Positions 1 through 9,989 are shown, counted from the first letter of the stretch. The stretch is DNA of 64,000 bases from Cenarchaeum sp. (GCA_965212015.1 OZ243037.1:1280001-1344000), one strand, 5' to 3'. The notes: generated from the sequence alone by a model not told the origin. Numbers and translations are program-made.

Positions 1-234
1 CAGGACGCCGGTGGATGTGAACCGGCCTACCGGAAACTGTTTGCCGACGACATGCCAGATTTTGGAGCCCACGGAATCCAGATTTACGGCCTTTTGGCCC
101 TCCTCGATATTCATCAGATCCATCATTTCAAAGATTTTGAGGACTTTTTCCCTTGTGACATTGCCCTCCAGTTTGATGTCATATTTGGCCCCCTCAGAGT
201 CCTCCATGTCTATCCGGATGCGCTTCTTGGTCAT
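1..234 (-). CDS. Hypothetical protein divergent from cdc6 (partial, runs off window edge; possibly winged-helix)
   Basis: Manual translation from ATG at 234, open to base 1: MTKKRIRIDMEDSEGAKYDIKLEGNVTREKVLKIFEMMDLMNIEEGQKAVNLDSVGSKIWHVVGKQFPVGRFTSTGVL; absent from ORF track because the stop lies outside the window. Confidence 0.8.
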   Translation of the reverse strand, partial: MTKKRIRIDMEDSEGAKYDIKLEGNVTREKVLKIFEMMDLMNIEEGQKAVNLDSVGSKIWHVVGKQFPVGRFTSTGVL

Positions 235-758
235 TTGGATCAGTCTAAGAATTGCCTTAACAATTGAACAGATCCACGAAACTTTGTTAACCAAATAATT
301 TGTTAATATTGACTGCCTGAGCCACGCCTGACGGGGTTTTCCCCGTTAACATATGCCCTAAAATCATGGCGGTTTTGGGCCGTTTTTCACGCCTAGAGTG
401 GAAAAAGGGGGGTCGGATGCCATTCTTAACACTGTTAATCACAGATTTCACGCCTAGAGTGGAAAAAGGGGGGTCAAAAAGGGGTTTTTCCACCACACCT
501 TAACTCTGGGTTAACTCCCTGTTAACTGCAACGACCCACACACCAGTATTTCCACTCTTTGTTTTTTTGATTTTTTTTACAGAGATTCTCTCACATATCA
601 CTATCAAACCATCATCATACAACCATACATTCCAATCCTATAGGAAATGAAGGTGTGTGGGTACAGAACTGATCGGTGTCAATGATCTTGATCCTTGGTG
701 TGAAAAATGTCTATGGGATCCATTGAAGTGTCAAGCCAAGATCAGAGATGATCCCGAT
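235..758. other. Probable chromosomal replication origin (oriC)
   Basis: ~520-bp non-coding gap upstream of cdc6 with ORB-like repeats carrying G-strings, an inverted mini-ORB (549-558), a T-rich tract (558-578) and an ORB-like box (636-657). Confidence 0.8.
385..475 (+). repeat. Perfect 30-bp direct repeat, ORB-like (385-414, 446-475)
   Basis: TTTCACGCCTAGAGTGGAAAAAGGGGGGTC twice, 61-bp period; AGTGGAAA plus G-string resembles the archaeal ORB consensus. Confidence 0.85.
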
Positions 759-1976
759 ATGAGTACCACACTGCAAGACCCGGTTGAAAAGATACTTGAT
801 GCGGCCATAGCCGGCGACTCGCTGATCAAAAACCGGGACATTCTACACTTTACCTTTATACCGGCCGTCATACACCACAGGGACTCTGAGCAGGAAAGGG
901 TGACACAGTCGCTGCTACCCATCCTAAAACAGTCCCGCCCCTCCAACCTGCTGGTGTACGGCAAGCCCGGGACCGGCAAGACCCTGGTGGTGAAAAAAAT
1001 TCTCTCCAAAATACAGCAGAGGGTGGAAAAGTCAAACTTTCCAATCAGGCTAATCTATGCCAACTCCAAGGAGGAGACTACCATGTACGGCCTGCTGGTG
1101 AGTTTCGGCAGGCAGCTGGGACTCTCCGAAAAGGAGCTGCCGTCAACCGGCCTTGCAATATCTGCAGTCTTTAAGAAAATCCTTGCCGTAATCAATGGCG
1201 GAAAAATCAATGCGATATTTGTCATCGACGAGATTGATCACCTTGCGCACCTGAGCTCCAAATCACACAACGACATTCTCTATACGCTGACTCGCGCCAA
1301 CGAGAGAATCGAGAGCGGGGGATCCTTTACCATAGTGGGCATATCCAACGATCTCACATTCAAGGAGCGGCTTGATCCGAGGGTCATCAGTACCCTGGGG
1401 GAGGAGGAGATTGTCTTTACAAACTATACCGTCGAGCAGATCAAAAAAATCCTTCAAAACAGGATTGGCGAGGCGTTTGCCCCGGACTCTGTCACCGAAC
1501 CGGCCCTGAACCTGTGTGCTGCCATGGCCGGCGGGGAGCACGGTGACGCCAGAAGGGCCATAGATCTCCTCCGGGTGGCAGGCGAGATTGCAGAAAGGGA
1601 GCAGGCAGGCCAAATCACCGAGGCCCACATCAGAGACGCGTCACAAAAAATAGAGGAGAACAAAGAGATTACGGCCCTGAGATCCTATCCGCTTCACGAA
1701 AAACTAGTCATCCTGTCCATAATAAAGGCGGCCGACTCCTCGACCGGGCAGATTTACGCGGCATACAAGGACCTGACAAAGACGCTCCGCCAAAAGGAGC
1801 TCACCCAGAGGAGGATTACCCAGATGCTAAGCGAGATAGAAATGTCCGGAATCATCACGGGCCGCATAATACACCAGGGAATCCACGGAAGGACCAAAAA
1901 ATTCAAGCTTACAGTCTCTGCCGAAACGGTAAAGGCCACGTTCAAAAACGATTTGGTTCTAGAGGATATCCTCTAG
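759..1976 (+). CDS. cdc6: Orc1/Cdc6 replication initiator
   Basis: Walker A GKPGTGKT, Walker B IDEID, GDARRAIDLLR, C-terminal wHTH; start trimmed to ATG 759. Confidence 0.97.
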   Translation: MSTTLQDPVEKILDAAIAGDSLIKNRDILHFTFIPAVIHHRDSEQERVTQSLLPILKQSRPSNLLVYGKPGTGKTLVVKKILSKIQQRVEKSNFPIRLIYANSKEETTMYGLLVSFGRQLGLSEKELPSTGLAISAVFKKILAVINGGKINAIFVIDEIDHLAHLSSKSHNDILYTLTRANERIESGGSFTIVGISNDLTFKERLDPRVISTLGEEEIVFTNYTVEQIKKILQNRIGEAFAPDSVTEPALNLCAAMAGGEHGDARRAIDLLRVAGEIAEREQAGQITEAHIRDASQKIEENKEITALRSYPLHEKLVILSIIKAADSSTGQIYAAYKDLTKTLRQKELTQRRITQMLSEIEMSGIITGRIIHQGIHGRTKKFKLTVSAETVKATFKNDLVLEDIL

Positions 1977-3404
1977 TCAGTCCTTAAAGTCTTTTAAAAA
2001 GACCTTGAGGCTGTTCAGGTTTACTATTACGGCGAATCCCGGGGTGGGAACCTGCCCCACGCTCACCTGAAACGGCGTCTGTCTCTGCCAGGCGCCAGAG
2101 TTGACTAGCAGTATGTTGCGGTACATGTCCAGCTCTGTAATGTGCACGTGGCCCACGTGGAAAATGTCGGGGATTTCGTCTATTACCATCACGTCCTCCA
2201 GTTCCGGGGCTATCGGGGTCTGGCTTCCAAAGATGGGGCTCAGGTGCCTTGCCTTTAGCAGGTGCCGCATCACGTCCACCGGCTTGGCGTAGCTCAGGCC
2301 GGGCGTGGTCTTTACAATGTCGTCTATGCTTTGCCCGTGAAACACGGTCACCTTTACGCCGTTCAGGGAGATCCGCGCGGGATTGCCGATCATGACAAAG
2401 TTTTCGCGCTCCCACAGGCCGGGGCAGTGTTTCTTGGGAATCGCCGGCTGCGGCAGGGCCCTTCTTCCCGGATCGTGGTTTCCCGGAATGACAAAGACCC
2501 GGATGTGGTCGGGTATTCCCAGCAGGATGTCGTGCGCCTTTTGGAGCTGCTCCTCTATGGTCTGGCAGACCAGCTCCCTGTCCTGATCCTTGTAAATTCC
2601 CACCCCGTCGACTAGGTCGCCGCCTATTATGATGAATGCAATCTTTCTTGCTATCGGATCTGGGCTGGACAGCCAGGAGACAAACGCCGCAAACTCTTCT
2701 TCCATAAAGTATTTGCTGCCTATGTGCAGATCCGACAAAAACACGGCGTGGGCCTCAGACTCGGATCTGTTGGGCCGGTGATCCGGAATGTCCGGAACGA
2801 TCAGCTCCTTTGTTACAAAGCCGCCGTTTTTCCCCACCGCAATCTTTGCCATGACGAACTGGTCGTTGAGCAGCGAGTCGGCGACCTTGCGCAGATCCCT
2901 GTCAAAGACGGCCACCTCGACTGAGCCTGACGCATCGTCCAGGGTCAGCCTCACAACGTCCTTGCCCGAGTTTTTTTCATAAATCAGCCCCCAAATGTAG
3001 ATGTCCTTGTTGAACTTTGTGCCCTTGATGGACGCTATGGATTTTATCATTTTTGATTCCGGGCGGTCGGCCATGATGCCCTTTAATTTTGAGAACCTGC
3101 TTGCAAACAGCGCGTTATACCCGTCTACCCCCTCGGCACTGGTAATCCCGCCGGTGGGATCCGAGAGCACCTCGTAATCCGCCCGGAGCTCAGCCTTGCT
3201 GATCCCGAGAAACTCCTCCAAATCCGTCTGGCCGATCAGATAGACCTTTTGCCTTGCCTTCTCCCTGACTATCTCTTTGATTATTCTTCCCAGCTGCGAC
3301 GCATCGACGCCCTCTAGAATCTTTAGCGCGTCTGGATGAATCTGAAACCCCCTGCTCAGTGCATAGTTCAAGGCCAGCGATATTTCCCTGTTCAATGTCA
3401 GCAA
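1977..3404 (-). CDS. polD1: DNA polymerase D small subunit DP1 (3'-5' exonuclease)
   Basis: OB fold plus phosphoesterase motifs SDLHIGS, GDLVDG, PGNHD, HG, GHVH; adjacent to cdc6. Confidence 0.95.
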   Translation of the reverse strand: MLTLNREISLALNYALSRGFQIHPDALKILEGVDASQLGRIIKEIVREKARQKVYLIGQTDLEEFLGISKAELRADYEVLSDPTGGITSAEGVDGYNALFASRFSKLKGIMADRPESKMIKSIASIKGTKFNKDIYIWGLIYEKNSGKDVVRLTLDDASGSVEVAVFDRDLRKVADSLLNDQFVMAKIAVGKNGGFVTKELIVPDIPDHRPNRSESEAHAVFLSDLHIGSKYFMEEEFAAFVSWLSSPDPIARKIAFIIIGGDLVDGVGIYKDQDRELVCQTIEEQLQKAHDILLGIPDHIRVFVIPGNHDPGRRALPQPAIPKKHCPGLWERENFVMIGNPARISLNGVKVTVFHGQSIDDIVKTTPGLSYAKPVDVMRHLLKARHLSPIFGSQTPIAPELEDVMVIDEIPDIFHVGHVHITELDMYRNILLVNSGAWQRQTPFQVSVGQVPTPGFAVIVNLNSLKVFLKDFKD

Positions 3405-3473
3405 AGGCCGAGAGTTTTAATTAAATCTGATCACGACGCACAACCTATTATATCGTGCCGCCCGCGCTTTGCC

Positions 3474-4007
3474 ATGATGCGCATTTTTGTCTTTCTTGCC
3501 TTTATGGGCATGTTTTCCCTGGCCTACCAGCTGGGATCCATGAGTGCAGTAGACGAGGACGAGGCGCAAAAATTCCTCGACGAGTTCAAGGATCTGGTCG
3601 AGGACATTGATGCGATCGGAATCTTTTCGCACAATATGACCATCGCGCTGCCCATGTTCATTCCCGGTTTTGGCATCGTCTGGGGGATGTTTGCTGCGTG
3701 GTCCACCGGGTATGCGTTTGCATCAATAGCCGCATTGACGCCCCAGCTTGCAGACGTGCCGGCACTGGCGATCCTTTACCTGTCACCCTTTGGGCTGATG
3801 GAGCTTGCGGCGTATTCCCTGGGAACCTCGCGCAGCTACCTTTTGGCCCGCCTGATCTTTCAAAAAAAACCGGTCCGCCCGCACCTGCGAGCCACCGCAA
3901 TTGAGATCGGGATAATGGCCGGACTGCTGCTGGCAGGCGGGTTTGTAGAGTTTCACATGATTGAAGGCATAGAGAGGGGCGACATGGGCATTTTTGAGCC
4001 AAGTTGA
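3474..4007 (+). CDS. SpoIIM-family membrane protein
   Basis: Several TM segments; IFSHN...FIPG and PFGLMELAAY motifs. Confidence 0.75.
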   Translation: MMRIFVFLAFMGMFSLAYQLGSMSAVDEDEAQKFLDEFKDLVEDIDAIGIFSHNMTIALPMFIPGFGIVWGMFAAWSTGYAFASIAALTPQLADVPALAILYLSPFGLMELAAYSLGTSRSYLLARLIFQKKPVRPHLRATAIEIGIMAGLLLAGGFVEFHMIEGIERGDMGIFEPS

Positions 4008-4077
4008 GACTAATTCCCTGTTTAATCTAAAATAATTTAGTAGTAAATTATAAACCAATTGGGCCCAAGCCATAGCG

Positions 4078-5022
4078 ATGAGACTAGTCCTGCCGGCACT
4101 GGCCCTGCTTTTGGCCCTTGGCGCCGGACTTGTGGATCCGGTCACTGCCGAGCTAGAGTCACACCACGCATACGTGCTCAAGGGTTCCGGCTTTGCTGCG
4201 ACCGAACTGATAATCAAAACATCACAGATTGATCTTACGTTTATTGTGGACAGAATCTCCAACGGCCGGGGCGCAGTCAGTGTGGAGGACGGGCTGGTCA
4301 CACTTGACAACAAGACATACAAGATCGGGGAGATGAGCGGGACCGTACTGCGCGACGGAAAATTCCTGAGAATCTCCGGGACAATCCAGGGCAGCTCCGA
4401 CACCGCATTGGATCTCAGGATTATCGGCAGGCTAGTCGAGGACGGCAGAGGCGGCTCCGTTTACAGCTTTAGCGGCAGAGTCATGGACAATACGGAATAC
4501 AAAACGATCTATGCTGCAAAAATCTCCGAGTTTGTGGGCGGTACCACAAAACAGGCCACTAAAATCGCCGACGATACGGTGCACATTCTCAACGGCGCGT
4601 CCCTGCAGGGACTAAACTCGACTTATTCTGCGAGAAGCACCGTCGGGGGAGGCTATTTCCAGCCCGACCGCATCATGGTAAATCCCGGCGGCGCCATAAC
4701 CCTGGTCAACGACGATTCCGTATCCCACCGCCTGGTGAGCGGTGCGGCGGGAAGCGACACCCGGGTGACGGCCAAGGACTTTGTCATGTGTGCAGAAAGC
4801 GACATTGGCGAGCTCCCGAAGGGCTTTAGCTTTGCAAAAACAAACTGCTCGTTTACGCTGGACGGAAAAATCGACACCAAAACGATCGAACCCGGCGGAT
4901 CCGTAAAGGTGACCTTTAAGGAAAGCGGATTTTACAGGCTAATTGACTCTGACTATCCGTGGATGACCATCACGGCGTATTCGTTTAAGAACCTGGACAA
5001 CTCGATCCTGGATCCGAGATAG
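4078..5022 (+). CDS. Secreted protein with C-terminal cupredoxin-like domain
   Basis: Signal peptide; FQPDRIMVNPG..NDDSVSH...GFYRLIDSDYPWM. Confidence 0.7.
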   Translation: MRLVLPALALLLALGAGLVDPVTAELESHHAYVLKGSGFAATELIIKTSQIDLTFIVDRISNGRGAVSVEDGLVTLDNKTYKIGEMSGTVLRDGKFLRISGTIQGSSDTALDLRIIGRLVEDGRGGSVYSFSGRVMDNTEYKTIYAAKISEFVGGTTKQATKIADDTVHILNGASLQGLNSTYSARSTVGGGYFQPDRIMVNPGGAITLVNDDSVSHRLVSGAAGSDTRVTAKDFVMCAESDIGELPKGFSFAKTNCSFTLDGKIDTKTIEPGGSVKVTFKESGFYRLIDSDYPWMTITAYSFKNLDNSILDPR

Positions 5023-5028
5023 CGCGCG

Positions 5029-5733
5029 CTAATAGTTCACGTACGAATCCGGCCTGTTCTGATCAAAGACCATGACGCACATGTCTGAAAACTCCTTGCC
5101 CTCCAGGTCCCTTGCCGTCCCCTCAAATGCAGTCTCGTCCCCCGTTGTCAGCTTTTCAAAAACATGCACCTCCAGCTTTGCCGTATCGAACCCGCGCTCC
5201 CGCAGATAAACTGCAATCTCTGAGGGCATAAAGTGCTTTTGTGGATCCCTTGGCCACGGCCTCGGGACCAGAATGACACTCAGGCCGTCCCGCAGGGCTT
5301 TTTGCAGCTCTAGCTTTTTTCCCTCGATTGACGCAGTCACGTGCATTGTTATGACCCTTGACTTGTCTAGCGGCACTCTGGTTCTTGCCGCCGCCACCTG
5401 CACTGAGCTGATTCCGGGAACCACCGTAACGTCGCCAAAGATCTCAATCAGCCTGTCGACTACTTCGGACTCTGAAAAACTGACGTCGCCGGTAAACGGA
5501 ACGACCAGCTTTTTTCCCCCCAGCGACGAGGCGATTTTCTGGTAGGCGTCCTCCTGGCTTGCCATGGTAATCTCGTGGATCTCCTTTCCCGCAGTAAGGT
5601 GCCTGATCGTCTCTAGGGTATACCCGTAGCCTGCGACCACGTCGCATCCCTTGATGATTCTTGCCGCCGTCCCTGTGACACAGTCGGGATTGCCGGGGCC
5701 CACTCCTACTGCAAAAACGCTGGCCAATCTCAC
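5029..5733 (-). CDS. cbiE: Cobalt-precorrin-7 C5-methyltransferase (CbiE-like)
   Basis: VGVGPG, TGD, VPGISSVQVAAA, EKLT tetrapyrrole methylase motifs. Confidence 0.8.
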   Translation of the reverse strand: MRLASVFAVGVGPGNPDCVTGTAARIIKGCDVVAGYGYTLETIRHLTAGKEIHEITMASQEDAYQKIASSLGGKKLVVPFTGDVSFSESEVVDRLIEIFGDVTVVPGISSVQVAAARTRVPLDKSRVITMHVTASIEGKKLELQKALRDGLSVILVPRPWPRDPQKHFMPSEIAVYLRERGFDTAKLEVHVFEKLTTGDETAFEGTARDLEGKEFSDMCVMVFDQNRPDSYVNY

Positions 5734-6221
5734 TCTGTGATTTTTTTGCCTTCGTTAATAAACGCAACAAGCGGCTCCCAGTCCACCCTCATGAACTTGG
5801 TCGGCTCCTTTGCCGGATATTTTACCCAGTCCTGCGCCACCGAATACTGGAATTTTTCCCTCTTTTTGTCCTTGACATACTCCATCTCTAGCACGTCGCC
5901 CCACACCTTTGCCTCAAAGCTGATCTTTAGGATATCATCAAATGCCAGCTCTACGTTTTTTGGATTCTTCAGGTCCGTGATCAGGTCGTTTTCCGTGTAT
6001 CCGTCGTGCAGGATCATTGTGTTTTTTGATTTCATGAACTTGAGAACCTGCCTTTGCATGATCGAGGTCCACCACTTTCTCTTGGCTTCTGTCTTGTGGA
6101 CAAAGCACAGGTGTCTGTCGGTGAGCACCAGCATTCCCTCCCTGCCCCCGATGGTCAGAAACTTTTTGGCCTCCCTCCACACGGACACTATGTGGGCCTG
6201 AATCCTCTCGTCTGAATCCAC
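5730..6221 (-). CDS. Hypothetical protein (PH/GRAM-like)
   Basis: GMLVLTDRHLCF motif; 4-bp overlap with cbiE; start trimmed to GTG 6221. Confidence 0.65.
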   Translation of the reverse strand: MDSDERIQAHIVSVWREAKKFLTIGGREGMLVLTDRHLCFVHKTEAKRKWWTSIMQRQVLKFMKSKNTMILHDGYTENDLITDLKNPKNVELAFDDILKISFEAKVWGDVLEMEYVKDKKREKFQYSVAQDWVKYPAKEPTKFMRVDWEPLVAFINEGKKITE

Positions 6222-6297
6222 GCACAAAGTCCGGAAAACACTTGTTAAAAACCAATGTTTAGATTGGCTTTTATTTAGCCAAACATCAGGGCCCGTA

Positions 6298-7788
6298 TTG
6301 AGAAAACTAGTGATTTTTGCGGCGGTTTTTTTGCTGCTTGGCGTGCTGCCGGTGGCCCTTGCACAAGGCGATGACAGGCTCGCAGTCCTGCAGACGCCGT
6401 CGGGCAATATAGTAATCGAGTTCTTTCCGGATGATGCGCCAAACCACGTGGATAATTTCATCAGACTTGCTGGGAACGGGTTTTATGACGGAACCGTCTT
6501 TCACAGGGTCATAAAGGACTTTATGATTCAGGGAGGCGATCCCCTGACAAAACCCGGCGCATACGAGACAGTCAGCCAGTGGGGAACCGGCGATCCGGGA
6601 TACAGCGTTGATGCAGAATTCAACGACATCAAGCACAACCGGGGAATCGTGTCAATGGCAAGATCTGCCAATCCCGACAGTGCGGGCTCGCAGTTTTTCA
6701 TCGTACACGGAGACTCTAACTTTCTAGACGAACAGTACACCGTATTTGGAAGAATCGTCACGCAGGAGAGCTTTGAGACACTAGACAAGATTGCCAGTCT
6801 GGAAATTGCGCAGGGGGCCAACATCCCGCTGGACTGGGGCCAGGGCGAGATAACGTCGGCCAGTATAGTCGACAGGGACTCTATTGAGGATCTTTTGGAG
6901 CTGGAGGATCCGGAAAGAATCGTCAGGCCCGCCATAGTCGAAGGCGGACCGTACACGCACGAGACGCTTGGACTTAGTCTTGACGTGCCGGCCGGGTGGA
7001 CGCTGCAGGCACCCGAGACAGAAGACCAGTCGATTCCGGATATCATCCTGCTGGGCCCAAGCACCGGGACCAACACCCCGGTAATCTCTATTACCGCCGA
7101 ACAAAAAGACGGCGTCACACTAGACGATAAAATCTCACAATCCAACGAAGTTCTTCAAACGGCGATAGATGCAGGCAGACTGGAATTAATCTCCGAGGAA
7201 AAAATCACCGTCAATGGAATCGGGATGTTTGAGAGGACCATCAAAGGCACGTTTGGCATAGGGACAACTGCCAATCTGATGCTCAAGGAAACCATCGTTG
7301 ACTTTGCCGACAAATTTTACATCGTCACATACGTCAACGAGGAGGGCGGCTTTGAGGACAGCCTGGACCTGTTTGACGACACGGTGCGTTCGTTTTCCAC
7401 AGAGTCCCAGAGCCTTGCCCCCAAGGAGGGCTGCCTTATTGCAACTGCGGCGTATGGTTCGGAGCTTGCACCGCAGGTACAGTTACTGCGGGAAATCCGG
7501 GACAACACACTGCTGTCTACAGAGTCTGGCACATCATTCATGGCAGGATTCAGCCAGGTCTATTACTCGTTTTCACCCGCCATAGCGGATCTTGAGAGGC
7601 AGAATCCCGCATTCCGCGAGGCAGTAAAGCTGTTCATCACCCCGATGCTTGCCACCCTGTCCGTAATGACGCTGGCCGAAGAGGGCTCTGAATCACAGGT
7701 ACTGGCACTTGGAATATCAGTCATTGCGCTGAACCTTGGAATGTATGTGGCGGCGCCGGCGGTAATCATCAACAGGCTGCGAAAATAA
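6298..7788 (+). CDS. Secreted cyclophilin-type PPIase with PsbP-like middle and CFI-box-CTERM anchor
   Basis: Signal peptide; FHRVIKDFMIQGGDP, SAGSQFFI; C-terminal GCLIATAAYGSELAPQVQLLRE plus TM. Confidence 0.9.
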   Translation: MRKLVIFAAVFLLLGVLPVALAQGDDRLAVLQTPSGNIVIEFFPDDAPNHVDNFIRLAGNGFYDGTVFHRVIKDFMIQGGDPLTKPGAYETVSQWGTGDPGYSVDAEFNDIKHNRGIVSMARSANPDSAGSQFFIVHGDSNFLDEQYTVFGRIVTQESFETLDKIASLEIAQGANIPLDWGQGEITSASIVDRDSIEDLLELEDPERIVRPAIVEGGPYTHETLGLSLDVPAGWTLQAPETEDQSIPDIILLGPSTGTNTPVISITAEQKDGVTLDDKISQSNEVLQTAIDAGRLELISEEKITVNGIGMFERTIKGTFGIGTTANLMLKETIVDFADKFYIVTYVNEEGGFEDSLDLFDDTVRSFSTESQSLAPKEGCLIATAAYGSELAPQVQLLREIRDNTLLSTESGTSFMAGFSQVYYSFSPAIADLERQNPAFREAVKLFITPMLATLSVMTLAEEGSESQVLALGISVIALNLGMYVAAPAVIINRLRK

Positions 7789-7790
7789 AA

Positions 7791-9134
7791 CTACCAGACA
7801 TCGTCCACCTCGTCGAGCACCTTGTATTCCAGCTCAGTCGGCTTTCTAAAGAACTTCATCCTAGATATGTCCCTGTCAAAAAACAAATCTATCGTCCAGT
7901 CCAGCAGCACCCTGATCCTGTTGTTCCATCTTGGAATCTTTGAGATGTAGACGTTTCTCCAGAGCACCCACGCCCAAAAACCGGAGATGTTTGAGCCCAG
8001 AAACGACGCAATGCCGGTACGCTTTCCGATGATTGCCATCTGGCCCCTTGACTTGAAAACAAACGCGGCCTTGGCCTTGTTCCTAATCAGCGCATGCAGG
8101 TTGGCAGCCGTCGTCTCTGCCTGGGCCTCGGCAAGCTGGGCCGTGGGCGGGAACGGGCGCCCTGTCTCGGGATTGACAAACAGCGAACAGTCGCCTATTG
8201 CAAAAACCCCGGGAAAATCCGGAACCTCGAGAAAGTCATTGACGACTATCTTTCCCTTATCCGTCTTGAACATTGATCTCTTGATCGTGTTTACCGGGGT
8301 TATCCCCGCGGTCCACACCATGGTGCTTGTCCTGATCGTCTCTGCCTCCGGCTCTGTTTTTGAGTCCAGCTTCTTTACGGTTACCGTAATTCCGTCAAAA
8401 CTCGTAACAGCGGTCTTTGGTCTTATGTCGATGCCGCGCTCGCTCATCTTTTCAAAGGCAAACCTTGCAAGCTTTTCACTAAAACCCGGAAGTATCCCGG
8501 CTAGGGCCTCCAGGACTATAACATTGATGTCATCCTTGTGGATGTTCGGATAGTGCTTTCTTGCATCTAGCAGCAGATCCATCAGCTCGCCGGCAGTCTC
8601 AATTCCGGCAAAACCCCCGCCCACAATGACAAACGTCAGCAGGTTCCTTCTGAGTATGGGGTTTGTCTCGTTTTCTGCCTGCTCGAGCATGTCCACTACC
8701 CTGTCCCTTAGCACGACTGCGTCATTGAGCGTCTTCATCGTATATGCGTGCTTTTCGACATCGTTGAGGCCAAAAAAATTCGTCTGGCTTCCAAGCGCGA
8801 CTATAAGGAAATCATAATGTATGGATATCCCCCTCTTTTCCCTGGTTCCCCACAGGTTTACAATGCGCCCGTACGGATCTATGTTTTTTATGCGCCCCTC
8901 GTAAAAAACAGTCCGCTCACATATTGCCCGAATCGGCATGATGATGTGCCTCGTCTCTATCATGCCTGACGCCACCTGCGGCAGCATTGGCGTAAAGAGC
9001 AAAAAGTTGTCCTCGCTGACCAGAACCAGCTCTATGTCCGAGTCTCCCTTGAAATGCGATTCGAGCTTTCTGGCGCACTTTACCCCGGCAAACCCGCCGC
9101 CCAAAACGACTATCTTTTTTTTATTTTTTGTCAT
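7791..9134 (-). CDS. Type II NADH dehydrogenase-family FAD oxidoreductase
   Basis: Two GGGFAG Rossmann motifs, FTPMLPQ, WTAG, AIGD, PPTAQLA. Confidence 0.9.
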   Translation of the reverse strand: MTKNKKKIVVLGGGFAGVKCARKLESHFKGDSDIELVLVSEDNFLLFTPMLPQVASGMIETRHIIMPIRAICERTVFYEGRIKNIDPYGRIVNLWGTREKRGISIHYDFLIVALGSQTNFFGLNDVEKHAYTMKTLNDAVVLRDRVVDMLEQAENETNPILRRNLLTFVIVGGGFAGIETAGELMDLLLDARKHYPNIHKDDINVIVLEALAGILPGFSEKLARFAFEKMSERGIDIRPKTAVTSFDGITVTVKKLDSKTEPEAETIRTSTMVWTAGITPVNTIKRSMFKTDKGKIVVNDFLEVPDFPGVFAIGDCSLFVNPETGRPFPPTAQLAEAQAETTAANLHALIRNKAKAAFVFKSRGQMAIIGKRTGIASFLGSNISGFWAWVLWRNVYISKIPRWNNRIRVLLDWTIDLFFDRDISRMKFFRKPTELEYKVLDEVDDVW

Positions 9135-9256
9135 CAGTACCACCACGTGCGCGCGTCGGCAAACATGCTCATCTCGCACAAGACGCAAACTGCGGGGTAA
9201 TTAAATCTCGTTCCGTGAGGCCGCGCACATTGGAATTCACGCTCGACTGCACCCTG

Positions 9257-9919
9257 CTACCTTCTTGATATCTCTGAGCGCAGGACATCATACGCCTTTG
9301 AGGCGTCATTCTGGTTAAACGTGATGATCATATTGTCCTGTCCAAAGTACGCGTCAACGAACTCTATGCCGTTTTTGTGAAGAAGCTCCACGACATAGGA
9401 TCCCACATCGTCCCTGTCCTCCCCCAGAATCGTAATCTTGATCCGCACCAGGCCCGTATGCCACATGTCCCGGCTGTGGGGGATTGACTGCATTATCCTC
9501 CTCACGCCCTCGAGATCCTCCGTCAGCAGCCTGAATGAATTCGGGAGCTTGAAAAAGTCAAAATCGTTTGTCACCTGCGAGAATTTCTCCAGCAAATCCA
9601 TCGGGTACTTTTCACCAAACTCGTCCGTCGAGATCCTTATATCCATCACCCCGTCAGTCAGTGAAAGACGGGCGTTTTTGAGAAGCAGCTCGTCGTGTAT
9701 CGCCTCTTTTTGCTCAAACGAGTCTGCGTATCTCTTGATGGCGACAACTATGGTGTTCAGATTGACCGGGCCGCCCAGATACTTTTCGACCCCGGGTTGA
9801 ATTTTTACGGCAAGTGCCGTGTAATTTATCAGATCCATCCTCATACAGTCGTAAATTGAGCGGTTTCCAGTCACGATCTCGTGAACGGCGTCAGGAACAG
9901 ACGCATTTGCGGCCCTCAT
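9257..9919 (-). CDS. Conserved archaeal protein, helical N-terminus plus ACT-like C-terminus
   Basis: DLINYTALA...NTIVVAIKRY N-terminus; beta-alpha-beta ACT-like end. Confidence 0.65.
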   Translation of the reverse strand: MRAANASVPDAVHEIVTGNRSIYDCMRMDLINYTALAVKIQPGVEKYLGGPVNLNTIVVAIKRYADSFEQKEAIHDELLLKNARLSLTDGVMDIRISTDEFGEKYPMDLLEKFSQVTNDFDFFKLPNSFRLLTEDLEGVRRIMQSIPHSRDMWHTGLVRIKITILGEDRDDVGSYVVELLHKNGIEFVDAYFGQDNMIITFNQNDASKAYDVLRSEISRR

Positions 9920-9989
9920 AGCGATATTATATAATGTCATGTATAAGTGTATTTTGTCATTAATTACCTGATAATTCAAAATACTTATA

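Noticed and set aside
385-475. 30-bp repeat with 31-bp spacer as a mini-CRISPR
   Set aside because: Only two copies, no cas genes, ORB-like G-string and position next to cdc6
11-496. ORF-track ORFs 11-298, 52-267 and 287-496
   Set aside because: Antisense shadows of the 1-234 minus gene or spanning origin repeats; no protein-like features
657-758. N-terminal extension of cdc6 from GTG 657
   Set aside because: Overlaps an ORB-like box and does not resemble Cdc6; ATG 759 preferred
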